This document shows, in pieces, positions 10,053-23,385 of a stretch of DNA of 64,000 nucleotides. Position 1 is the stretch's first letter, and each line of letters opens with the position of its first letter. Under the pieces are notes generated by a model, which was not told the DNA's origin, did not search any database, and saw nothing but the letters and a program-made list of their open reading frames with translations. The translations under genes were made by a program, and so were the position numbers. The DNA lies in NCBI GenBank assembly GCA_051546255.1, contig CP128818.1, forward strand, positions 868,001 through 932,000, given 5' to 3'. Source of the stretch: Meyerozyma guilliermondii (Eukaryota).

Positions 10053-10936
10053 GTCCACTTGGTGTAGTCAAATCCCCGTGGAATTGGGCCCAGGTCTTGG
10101 TCTTTTGCTTTAATTTCAACTGACTTCAAACGTCGCCGAAGACTATCCATATAATGATCCATTTGAAGCTTCTGGACGGTACTGACGATCAGTTTGAGTA
10201 TGTTTCGGTATTTCTTTTTGGGTCCCTCAAGTGTCAAGCTGACATTTTCGGGCAGTTTTATATCGGTCGTTTCCAAAATATCGGTGGAGCCATCAACTGC
10301 TAGCAATTGGGTTATAGCATTCCGGTCCAAGACCGAGTTGGGATTCTTCGTTGAGAAGACGATGAAATATACTTGGAGTGGTTACCAATGTTTGAGGAGG
10401 AGTCTTGGAAGCTTCCCCGGTTGTAAGAGTGTCTGAGTTCATATCGGTGTACACAAATTTTATCTCGAGCGGTCTTCTGCTGACTTTGTATTCCTCTTTT
10501 TCAGGAACCAACTGGTCAGGGCAGCAATCCGTGGGCAACCCTGGTTAGGAACTGGAAATATTTCAAATACTTTTTGACAAGATTGTCAGTTGGTACTAGT
10601 ATCACGCTATCCACGGAGTAGCCGGAGCTGATCTGGCCAAACTTGGGAACTCGACTTAACGTAATGTATGGCAATTGATAAGGATTTTCCAGAGTAAGAT
10701 TCACCTCTAAAGAGAAGACTGTGCTCGGAATCAAGGACCGATAAAATTATACGTTGGTCTGGAGTAGGTGAAAGAACCCTACTATGGTCCTTGGGAAGTA
10801 CGTCTAGCTTTCGAAATCGGTTATTATCGTGATCGTCAAGTAAGCTGCTTTTAATATTCTGCTGAATTGCATGCAGGGCTATGGTTGCAAAAGGCGGGTA
10901 ACCCTCCGCATGGTTGCAAACGACTTTTTGTCGCAT
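10050..10936 (-). pseudogene. Degenerate DEAD-box helicase-like fragment with at least 3 frameshifts
   Basis: Successive frames give the Q-motif PTPDQ, motif I GESYSGKS, motif Ia VILVPTDNLV, motif Ib LVTTP and a motif II-like LAVDG, in the correct order. Confidence 0.6.
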
Positions 10937-10966
10937 TAGTACTCAGACTTCACACAAATACAAGAA

Positions 10967-11503
10967 ATGGATTTACAACGATTAAGAGATATAGCTGGAC
11001 CTCGATGGGCAGCAGTGGTTACATTTCTTAAAAGTTTCGTAACTCGACAACAAATGGAAGAAACTACTGCGTCAAACCTGAGACAACCGATTTCACCACC
11101 AGTGGAAGAAATGACTGGAACAAATACGCCCGAAGCTCGAGCCGAAAGTCTGGGCAGATGGAAGAAAGTGGTGACTCTAGTGGTTATTTTGGCTTCTGCA
11201 TTCTTTCTATTTTTCCTCACCTTTGGCCCTAATGTTTTGAAAAAAGAGATTCCGAATTCTGTCTGGATCGTAGCTGCTTTCATTTATGGGGTATATACAC
11301 TGCTGTGGATGTGGGTCACATTCGAGGCCTTTAAACGTGAGGGGCGAGTAGGAAGGTCTTGGCTCAACTTTTCTTATGCTGCTTTCTGCTTTACGACATA
11401 TGTTTCGGCTGTCTTCAAATACTGCGAAGAGAACCAAACTTTTTTTAGCATGGTCCCTTTGTTGGTAGTAGCTTTTTTGAGCTTCTTGCCATTAGAATTC
11501 TGA
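10967..11503 (+). CDS. Orphan 178-aa protein with a hydrophilic N-terminus and about 4 TM helices
   Basis: Intact ATG-initiated ORF with four hydrophobic segments. Its stop codon lies inside the first 96-bp repeat unit. Confidence 0.5.
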   Translation: MDLQRLRDIAGPRWAAVVTFLKSFVTRQQMEETTASNLRQPISPPVEEMTGTNTPEARAESLGRWKKVVTLVVILASAFFLFFLTFGPNVLKKEIPNSVWIVAAFIYGVYTLLWMWVTFEAFKREGRVGRSWLNFSYAAFCFTTYVSAVFKYCEENQTFFSMVPLLVVAFLSFLPLEF

Positions 11504-11856
11504 CTATCGACCCACAAGCTTATTGTTTTCATTGGCTTGTGGCTATCGATCGTCCTAGAATATTTAGCTTTTTTGAGCTTCTTGCCATTATAATTCTGAC
11601 TATCGACCCACAAGCTATTTGTTTTCATTGGCTTGTGGCTATCGATTGTCTTAAAATATTTAGCTGTTTTGAGCTTCGTGCCATGCTAATTTTGACTATC
11701 GACCCACAAGCTATTTGTTTTCATTGGCTTGTGGCTATCGATTGTCTTAAAATATTTAGCTGTTTTGAGCTTCGTGCCATGCTAATTTTGACTATCGACC
11801 CACAAGCGTATTGTTTTCATTAGCTTGTGGCTATCGATCGTTTTAGAATATTTAGC
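11469..11856. repeat. Tandem array of about 4 x 96-bp units, each with an internal inverted repeat
   Basis: TGACTATCGACCCACAAGC recurs at 11501, 11597, 11693 and 11789. Each unit carries CCACAAGC...GCTTGTGG. Confidence 0.95.
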
Positions 11857-12816
11857 AATGCACTTAAACATAACAAATTTGCAAGCACCTTGACATGATC
11901 AAATTGCAAGCTTGTCACTGTGTATTCACTTACATTGTGAAAGCGTGCAACAAGTTCTTTACCTTGTAACCTAGAAATTTTGGATCGAGAACCAGATTAT
12001 TATCTTGGTACGCCAGTATGGAAAGTCAAAAAACTGACCAGAGACTGGACATTTAATCAGCGGTAAGTCCCTTTTGTTGTCTTATTGGTCTGATCTCTAA
12101 TCCAGTAGTAAGTTTGGCGCCAAGAATCAGAAGATCTTATCGTCGAAGAACTACAACAAATTCGGAGAATCCGAGAACGAACAATAGCCAAGGACCATTG
12201 GATGCTATAAACGATCAAGGAGGAGCAGAAGGATCAGGAGGTGATTTAGTTGGGCATCATGATGAGGAGCATGTTCCAAACGAAGAAGCTTACGAAGCCG
12301 AACATGAAGTAGGCATCAACGCGTTCCAATAGCTTAATTGCTTTCTTTAAAATCGCGTCTGACACGGTCGCCGTATCGCAGGTTCAAATACTTGCGTGCC
12401 CTCGTTAGCACAATTGTAAATCCTTGTCGCTACATGATTTCGGAAGCCGGATTTGTGATCTCAAGTGAGGCGATACATTTAAGGAGGCACCAGAAGCAGA
12501 GGCAAAGTATAATGCAATTGAACTTGAGTTATTGACTAAGATGACCTTTTTACCAAGTGTAAGGGATGATGCCAGGAAGTCTGTGAATAAACCACTCAAA
12601 TTTACTGAGTCGGAGCTGGACTATATCGTCGAGGTCATGAAGAAAATATTCTCGAACGAAAACGTCGTTGAGACAGTTACGGCGACCATGGCAAATACGC
12701 AGAGAACATATGCTTCCGATATCAAGTACCGTTTTTTGGTGGACCTGCATATGTCTCTGTGTCCTGCACGCTATCCCTTGAGTTTCCTCTTCAACTCCCC
12801 ACCAGCCATTTCAAAC

Positions 12817-14106
12817 ATGGAGGATTATCTAAAGGATAGCCCATCTGACATTGGTACAGGGGGCACCACGGACTCTGCGGGAGCCGGTCGTGAGGGCACG
12901 CTGAATACAAGTTATGAAAACGACTGGAAGGACAATTTTGAAAATTTCAATACCAATTCGAATAATAATATTCACGAGAATTTTGACAATGGGGTGAATT
13001 ACAACGACTTTTTAGGTGATACCGGTGACTATAGTGCTCAGGACACGTACGGGAATGCATTCAATGGCCGATCGGGTGAAAAGTACCCTAATAATAGCAT
13101 CGATTTCAACGAAAATTATTCCAATGCCAATGCTTTTCAAGCCAATGCCAACGATTTATCTTCATTTGGCATGAATCCGACACTCAGTCCAAGCTTTGAT
13201 CCCCATGGCTTCTCTAATCCGGGCTCTTTGGCACCTGATCCTTTTTTGGACGATCTTGATGCCCTCGGGTTTCCCCACAACCACGAACCAGTGCAGTATA
13301 TTAACCCTGCTAACACCGCCAATTTGGACGAGTTGATCTCGCCCGACACCAACGACAACTTCCTCACCCCACAATACTTTTCTCCTACCAACAACCAGCC
13401 GTCGGGATTTCGGCTCAATCTGATAGCCGAAAACGCTGCCCAACTGGCATTCAGTCCGCACCGTCAAAGCATTTCAGCCGGGATGGCTTCGGCCCCTAGA
13501 CCTGCTAGTGCCCACCTTTCTCCGTACCTCTCACCAGCAGAGAACTCTCTCGATACGTTGCGATCACCGCCGTTCAATGGATCGTTTCTTCAATCTCCAC
13601 CCACCATGCGCATTCCCCAGTCCAAAAGTGTGCCTGAAAGCCAGAACAATAGCTATAACAGTGCCATGTCGCCGCTGCTGGTGCAAAGCGGCAAGCAGCT
13701 TACTCGGGAAGAAAAACTCAAGCGGAGACGGGAGTTTCATAATGCCGTCGAAAGACGTCGTCGAGATTTGATTAAGGAACGCATCAAAGAACTTGGGTTG
13801 TTGGTGCCGCCTTCGATGCTCAATCCACAGCTCTGTGCCGTGCAGGCGTTTAAGGGGACTTCTCAACTAAATACTCGAGAGATCAACGAGTTACTTTCTA
13901 CCATCAAGGTGAAAGAGACGAAGCCCAATAAGAGCACTATTCTCAACAAGTCGGTGGAGTACCTTTTGCACCTAAAGTATGTACTCGAAGAGCAGGAAAA
14001 GGCACGAGCCAAGTTGGAAAAGCAGATCCAGGAGGCGCTGGGGTCGCAGCCAAAGGAAGATACCTTCAATCCGGATGATTTTTTCTTGGGGGTTGTTGAT
14101 CGGTAA
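12817..14106 (+). CDS. RTG3: bHLH-Zip retrograde transcription factor Rtg3
   Basis: KRRREFHNAVERRRRDLIKERIKELG.LVPP...KPNKSTILNKSVEY followed by a zipper. The likely start is MEDYLK at 12817. Confidence 0.85.
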   Translation: MEDYLKDSPSDIGTGGTTDSAGAGREGTLNTSYENDWKDNFENFNTNSNNNIHENFDNGVNYNDFLGDTGDYSAQDTYGNAFNGRSGEKYPNNSIDFNENYSNANAFQANANDLSSFGMNPTLSPSFDPHGFSNPGSLAPDPFLDDLDALGFPHNHEPVQYINPANTANLDELISPDTNDNFLTPQYFSPTNNQPSGFRLNLIAENAAQLAFSPHRQSISAGMASAPRPASAHLSPYLSPAENSLDTLRSPPFNGSFLQSPPTMRIPQSKSVPESQNNSYNSAMSPLLVQSGKQLTREEKLKRRREFHNAVERRRRDLIKERIKELGLLVPPSMLNPQLCAVQAFKGTSQLNTREINELLSTIKVKETKPNKSTILNKSVEYLLHLKYVLEEQEKARAKLEKQIQEALGSQPKEDTFNPDDFFLGVVDR

Positions 14107-14423
14107 ACGGAAACAAGAGAGAAAGAGAGAGAGAGAAGGTACAAGTGAAATAAGAGAAAGAAGGGAAGACAGAGAAAGAGAGAAGACAGGAGAAGAGAAC
14201 GATGATACAAGTGAAAGCATAGACGACAGTCAATGCGTAATTATACCTATGTAATATAGTTATGATTAGAATCTACATTAATACTGAAAGATAGAATCTC
14301 TAAAGTATGGTTTGCTACCTGAACCTCATCTCTTTCTCTCAATTAATTCTATTACTTCTTTTCTCACTTTATCTTACTCTTTTATTTCATTTCGCACTTC
14401 GCATTCACATTCACATTCAATCC

Positions 14424-15029
14424 ATGGAACCAGAAAACGCCTTTCGACAGCAACTTTCCAGCTGGAATACCCGTCCTCCGGCCCGTGCTCCGTTTGCAGA
14501 ATGGACCGACTATGTCAGAAATACAACCTCAGACCTTTATCTGTCACTTCCATCGTATAATACTGCCACGACCACCGAGGAACCTCAGTGGTTTCGACTC
14601 TCAAGACTTGAAAAATTGGTGGGTTTCGCATGCTGCTTGGCTGGATCCGTGCTCTGTTTCGTTACATGTTTCTTCCTATTTCCCGTATTAGCGCTCAAGC
14701 CTCGTAAATTTGCCATGTTGTGGTCGTTAGGATCGGTGTTGTTTGTGGTGAGTTTTGGAGTTTTACAAGGTCCTTATAATTATGCCAAACACCTTGTGTC
14801 TCGAGACAGAATCGTGTTCACAACTGTGTTCTTTTCATCGGTGATTTGGACCATGTATGCTGCCACGGTTCGAAAAAGTACCATCATGACCATCGTGGCT
14901 TCGGCGGTGGAAATGTTGGCAATTATCTATTATACCGTGAGTTACTTTCCTTTTGGAGCCCTGACATTGACTTTTTTTGGGAGTTATGTGGTGGGGTACA
15001 TTGGAGGGTTTCTTGGGGGGTTGATATAA
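14424..15029 (+). CDS. SFT2: Tetraspanning Golgi protein Sft2 (Got1/Sft2 family)
   Basis: WFRLSRLEKLVGF, LALKPRKFAMLWSLGS, YYTVSYFPFG. Confidence 0.9.
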   Translation: MEPENAFRQQLSSWNTRPPARAPFAEWTDYVRNTTSDLYLSLPSYNTATTTEEPQWFRLSRLEKLVGFACCLAGSVLCFVTCFFLFPVLALKPRKFAMLWSLGSVLFVVSFGVLQGPYNYAKHLVSRDRIVFTTVFFSSVIWTMYAATVRKSTIMTIVASAVEMLAIIYYTVSYFPFGALTLTFFGSYVVGYIGGFLGGLI

Positions 15030-15049
15030 CCACAAGGTTCAAGACTGAG

Positions 15050-15500
15050 GCAACAAATACTACAATCCACTACAAAACCACCTATGAACTACTACAAATT
15101 TCCACTACAATCCAATGACAATCCAATGACAATCCAAATACAACCTAGCTCAATTCAATTACAAACTACTGCAAAATCAACTTTCAACTACCACTACAAA
15201 CTACTACAAACTACTACAATCCACTACAATGAACTACAAATTTCCACTACAAATTTTCACTACAATACAATGACAAACCAACTACAAGCTACTACAATCC
15301 ACTACAATCAACTACAATTAAACTACAATCAACTACAAATTTCCACTACAGTCCACTACAATCATCTACCAATTTCCACTACAAACGACTACAAATAACC
15401 AGTTCAATGACAATACCACATTTAACTATCACTACAAACCTCCACTACAATACTTACAGACCACCCACGAATCAACTACAATCCAAATCCACAATCAACT
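15050..15500. repeat. Degenerate ACTACAA-based minisatellite between the convergent SFT2 and HNT1 genes
   Basis: Many (CC/A)ACTACAA(T/A) units with almost no G on the + strand. Confidence 0.85.
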
Positions 15501-15588
15501 ATCGACCTTTATATTAATGGCTCAATGCTTTCTGGACCTGCGACTTCAACACTACAGCTTTATTCCATTGATTCAATTCTTATAAATC

Positions 15589-16011
15589 CTACAACTTTTC
15601 CTGGAGCTTCTTGTGCAACTTTTCCAACTTGGCAAAGTCGGTCTCCTCCGCTGGCCATCCTACACCCAATCCCGTCTCACTGTCCTTCTTGGGAATCAAA
15701 TGAAAGTGAACATGGTCCACCACCTGGTGAGCAATCCGACCATTGTTTTGCAAAATATTGTACCCCGAACCTTCTGGGGTGTTGTTGGTGTCCAAGTCCA
15801 ACGCCGTAGTCAATTTTTTCACCACGGGAAGAAGATCAGCAAGATATTCATCGGGAATATTGTGCAATTTAGCTCCGTGAAATTTGGGAATAATCAAGCA
15901 ATGGCCCTCGGCAGTAGGCTGGATGTCAAGAAACGAGTATGTGAACTTGGTTTCTATGAGCTTGAATGAGGGAATCTCGCCCTTGATAATTTTGCAAAAG
16001 ATACAAGACAT
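15589..16011 (-). CDS. HNT1: HIT-family adenosine monophosphoramidase Hnt1
   Basis: CIFCKIIKGEIPS, AHQVVDHVHFHLIP. Confidence 0.95.
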   Translation of the reverse strand: MSCIFCKIIKGEIPSFKLIETKFTYSFLDIQPTAEGHCLIIPKFHGAKLHNIPDEYLADLLPVVKKLTTALDLDTNNTPEGSGYNILQNNGRIAHQVVDHVHFHLIPKKDSETGLGVGWPAEETDFAKLEKLHKKLQEKL

Positions 16012-16248
16012 GTGTGTGTGGGGTAGTGGAAATCAATTGAAAACGATGTTGAGTAGCTGGTGTTTGGATGCACGAGGAGCTATCTCCGAATATTATTGGA
16101 ACCTACAATTAATGGAGCCTACGATGAAAAGGAGGGTCGATTCAGGAATGAACAGTAAGGTTTACTGTAAGCAGAGTGACTATTTAATTAATCAAATAAG
16201 AAACGACAAAAGAAGTATGTGCTGGACTTTTTACCTAATTTGACCTAA

Positions 16249-18966
<2,718 letters not shown>

Positions 18967-18989
18967 GTCTAATAGATGTCGTTTTAGTT

Positions 18990-19290
18990 TGCACCTCATG
19001 GGCCCCGCTCTTACGTAATAGCAAGCCCGCAATCCATCGGGATTTAGCGAAAACTTTCGATTGATGCTTCTGGGGCAATGACCAAGCCTTTTTCGAGTAA
19101 CGGGGCTTTATTCATGCTTGCGCCTGTGTTCTTGATAACTTCGGACTATGTAGTGTCAAGATTTACAGGTGCCACTGCAGCGACGGGGCTCAAAAAGACA
19201 AATCAGGGACGAAAACAGCAACGAATCGGATCGAATTTGTACCAATTTGGCAGGAAATGAGATATGATACCCATAGGCAGGGCCTGAATA
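18990..19290. ncRNA. Candidate structured RNA (unassigned)
   Basis: Non-coding segment with nested complementary stems, for example 19120-19137 with 19154-19172 and 19002-19010 with 19095-19106. No family recognised. Confidence 0.3.
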
Positions 19291-19436
19291 TATGACGAGA
19301 GAGAGATTGTAGGAGTGTAGAGAAAAGGAGAAAGGAGAAAGGAGAAAGGAGAAATGAAGAAATGAAGAAAATGAAGAAATGAAAAAATTGATGCAAACGA
19401 GAATACAAAAGAAAATGTGAAACACTTGACTAATAG

Positions 19437-20306
<870 letters not shown>

Positions 20307-20416
20307 AGAGAAATGTAATGTGGTGAATATCTGATTGAATATTCTGATTGAATTTATGTTGTAGTTGCACCCGTGCACCAGGTATATCAGTTTACTCAAT
20401 CTTCTCTTCTCTCATC

Positions 20417-22207
20417 ATGAAGAGTCTCGAGCGGGTTTTGGGCCCAGAGCGATATCTGCGCATACGCAACACGTCGGTGTTGATGGTTGGGGCTGGAGGA
20501 ATTGGGTGTGAGCTTCTTAAAAACCTTATTCTTTGTGGATTTGGAACCATTCACGCAGTGGATCTCGACACTATTACCCTCTCCAATTTGAACCGACAGT
20601 TTCTATTTCGCCAGAAGGACATCGACCAGTCCAAGTCGCTCACTGTGGTGAAAGCTGTGCAGAATTTCAACTACAACGATTGCAAACTCGAGGGTCATCA
20701 TGGCAATATCATGGACACTGAAAAGTTTCCCATCGAATGGTGGGACCAGTTTTCTTATATATTCAATGCTCTTGACAATCTCGAGGCCCGGAGGTATGTG
20801 AACAAAATGGCGCTTTTTCTCCGAAAACCACTCATGGAAAGTGGAACCACTGGATTCGATGGACAAATTCAACCTATTTTTCCATATGTCACCGAATGCT
20901 TTGAGTGCCAGCCCAAGGTCACACCCAAGACATATCCCGTGTGCACGATCCGGTCTACACCTTCGCAGCCAATCCACTGTATTACCTGGGCAAAAGAGTT
21001 TTTGTACCATCAACTTTTCGATGAACTGGAAGACAAAACTCAGGACCAACGACGCCAGTTGGAATCCGAAACGCTGGACCGCCAGGAAATCGACAACTTG
21101 CTTCGGGAAAGCAACGAGCTTGCGGAATTGAGGCGGATGGTGCTGGAGCCTGGATCGCAGTTTGCTCAGGAATTGATCCACAAAATTTTCCAGGTGGATA
21201 TTGAACGCCTTGTTAATATTGAGTCGTTGTGGAGGACCAGAAAGGTTCCAGAACCGCTCGATTTGCTGGAACTACAACACGAATTGGATGCACTTCTTCA
21301 AGAACCTCGGTCGCAGACCATACTTGTCAAAGACACCAGTACATGGACATTGCTCGAAAACCTCTATGTGCTTATTCGGGCACTGGAGTCGCTTCAAAAA
21401 CGGATCAGTAGCGGGGAGGAGTCGTGTGTGCCGTTCGACAAGGATGATGAAGATTCGCTCAACTTTGTAGTTGCGGCTGCAAATTTGCGATCTGTGGTAT
21501 TCCACATTGATCCGAAAACCAAGTTTGATATCAAGCAGATTGCAGGAAACATCATTCCGGCTATAGCCACCACAAATGCTATCATCTCCGGATTCCTGGT
21601 ACTCGCTTCTCTTCCATTTTACGACCAAGAACCTCGGTCTCGAGGTGATTTTGGACCGGTTCCGCAAACTTCATCCACTGTTTTCACCAGTATACGTCCT
21701 AACAAGTACGTTACGGCCGCGGCGCTTTCACAACCCAGTCCGCTGTGTCCTGCCTGTTCATTGTCAGCTCGTGGGATTTTGCACGTTAGCCAAAAAGACG
21801 CTCCAACGTTGGGACAATTGGTGGAGATCATCAAGAAAAAGTATGGATATGAAGACATTGCTTTGATTTTGGGCAAAGCCAAGTTGATCTACGACGTAGA
21901 TTTCGACGATAATGTGGACCGTAGCGTGCTTGAAGTGGCGGGTTTTGTTTCTGGTGAATTATTGCAAGTCCAAGACGACAACGATGAGTTGGAAAACTTG
22001 GAGTTTTATATTAGTTTGGGTGATAAAAATGAGTTGCCCGAGTTGGTTCTTCGCCAAAAGGTTAAAGAGAAGGAGAAAGTGAAAGAAAACGAAGAAAATG
22101 GAACTGGAGAACTGAACAATGGAGCACTTGAACCGGTGGAAATTATCGACGATGAAGTGGAAGAACCACCAACAAAAAGACAGAAAATCCTGGACATCAT
22201 TGACTGA
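20417..22207 (+). CDS. UBA2: SUMO E1 subunit Uba2
   Basis: VGAGGIGCELLKNL, SNLNRQFLF, YPVCTIRSTP, AGNIIPAIATTNA. Confidence 0.95.
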   Translation: MKSLERVLGPERYLRIRNTSVLMVGAGGIGCELLKNLILCGFGTIHAVDLDTITLSNLNRQFLFRQKDIDQSKSLTVVKAVQNFNYNDCKLEGHHGNIMDTEKFPIEWWDQFSYIFNALDNLEARRYVNKMALFLRKPLMESGTTGFDGQIQPIFPYVTECFECQPKVTPKTYPVCTIRSTPSQPIHCITWAKEFLYHQLFDELEDKTQDQRRQLESETLDRQEIDNLLRESNELAELRRMVLEPGSQFAQELIHKIFQVDIERLVNIESLWRTRKVPEPLDLLELQHELDALLQEPRSQTILVKDTSTWTLLENLYVLIRALESLQKRISSGEESCVPFDKDDEDSLNFVVAAANLRSVVFHIDPKTKFDIKQIAGNIIPAIATTNAIISGFLVLASLPFYDQEPRSRGDFGPVPQTSSTVFTSIRPNKYVTAAALSQPSPLCPACSLSARGILHVSQKDAPTLGQLVEIIKKKYGYEDIALILGKAKLIYDVDFDDNVDRSVLEVAGFVSGELLQVQDDNDELENLEFYISLGDKNELPELVLRQKVKEKEKVKENEENGTGELNNGALEPVEIIDDEVEEPPTKRQKILDIID

Positions 22208-22364
22208 AAGAAAGAAAAACAGACTAGGGAAAGACAAAATCATGACTAGCTTTCATTGCATTTGAGTTCTAGTTGTAATTTTGCAACTATGGGCGCCTGC
22301 ATGTGGTGGTGCACCGGTGTGCGCCGACTATTTAAACGTTCGTTGCGAATCATCCCCAACTATC

Positions 22365-22745
22365 ATGTCCTGGCAAGCATACACAGACAATCTCACAGCT
22401 ACTGGCAAGATTGATAAGGCAGCGTTATACTCGAGGGCAGGAGACTCGTTGTGGGCGCAATCGGGCGGTTTCCAGCTCGAGGCAAACGAAATTGCCGAGA
22501 TCGCTGGTGCTTTTGATGACCCTTCTTCATTACAAACTTCGGGGTTGCACCTCCAGAAACAAAAGTACTTTTTGTTGAGGGCGGACGAACGGTCGATTTA
22601 CGGAAAACTCCAGGAAGAAGGTGTGGTGGCCGTCAGAACCAAACAGGCGATTTTGCTTGCACATTATCCTCGTGGTGTGGAGCCTGGGTCGGCCACGACT
22701 GTAGTAGAGAAGTTGGCGGACTACTTGATTAGTGTTAACTATTAA
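22365..22745 (+). CDS. PFY1: Profilin
   Basis: [10 protein letters not shown]...[13 protein letters not shown], 126 aa. Confidence 0.97.
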   Translation: MSWQAYTDNLTATGKIDKAALYSRAGDSLWAQSGGFQLEANEIAEIAGAFDDPSSLQTSGLHLQKQKYFLLRADERSIYGKLQEEGVVAVRTKQAILLAHYPRGVEPGSATTVVEKLADYLISVNY

Positions 22746-22896
22746 AGAGAAGATGTGATACTAGTAGTGACTTTTGTTGTAGATTAGACAGGGCCGCGGT
22801 ACAACAACCAGTGCACCGGTGCACCAGCTGGTGGCTGTCCTGCACACGCCCCGCGGTTTCCTCCAATCATAATTTCTGTGTCTTTCATTTATCACG

Positions 22897-23385
22897 ATGT
22901 TGGCACGGTGTGTAAAAAACGAATTTGCCGCCACCGTGCGTGCTCAGCGCTTGAGGACCGTTCGCAGAACATACGCCTCTAGCTCAGAAAGCCACAGTGC
23001 TCCCAAAAAGGAATTCGAAGTTAGCATCACCAAGATTTTCGGAGTCGCTGCTTTGGCTGGCGGAGTTTATGTTTACAGAGGAATGGACGAACGGGACGAA
23101 CCCATCGTCAAGACCGCTTTGTATAAGGAGGTGGAGGACCGTACGCATTTGCGGGACGAAAACTACCTCGAAAGATACAAGGCTTCGTTCATCAAGTCAT
23201 ATATGAGAGACAAAGGTGGAATAGGCCAAAGACAATATAGAAGACAAAGTGACGGCGCGGTTCCTTCGACGTTGATTCCCGCCCATTCGCCATACGGAAA
23301 CCAGTTTGGCGCAGGTATAAAGACCGCCGAGTTGGGGCCTCGTAAGGAGCGCATTCGGCTCTATGCTCCATTGGAGAACAAGTAG
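22897..23385 (+). CDS. Small mitochondrial single-TM protein, possibly a lineage-specific complex I accessory subunit
   Basis: Arg-rich presequence ending RRTYAS and one TM (IFGVAALAGGVYVY). The subunit identity is an inference. Confidence 0.55.
   Translation: MLARCVKNEFAATVRAQRLRTVRRTYASSSESHSAPKKEFEVSITKIFGVAALAGGVYVYRGMDERDEPIVKTALYKEVEDRTHLRDENYLERYKASFIKSYMRDKGGIGQRQYRRQSDGAVPSTLIPAHSPYGNQFGAGIKTAELGPRKERIRLYAPLENK

Noticed and set aside
11469..11856. CRISPR-like array (palindromic repeats at regular spacing)
   Set aside because: The sequences between the hairpins are near-identical rather than unique spacers, the context is eukaryotic, and there are no cas genes.
15084..15398. 104-aa T/N/Q/Y-rich ORF
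   Set aside because: Translation of the ACTACAA minisatellite; no sign of coding structure.
19195..19230. SRP RNA helix 8 or RNase MRP assignment for the post-CDC48 element
   Set aside because: CAGG..GAAA..AGCA lacks a pairing stem and the MRP CR-I motif is absent, so it is kept only as an unassigned candidate.
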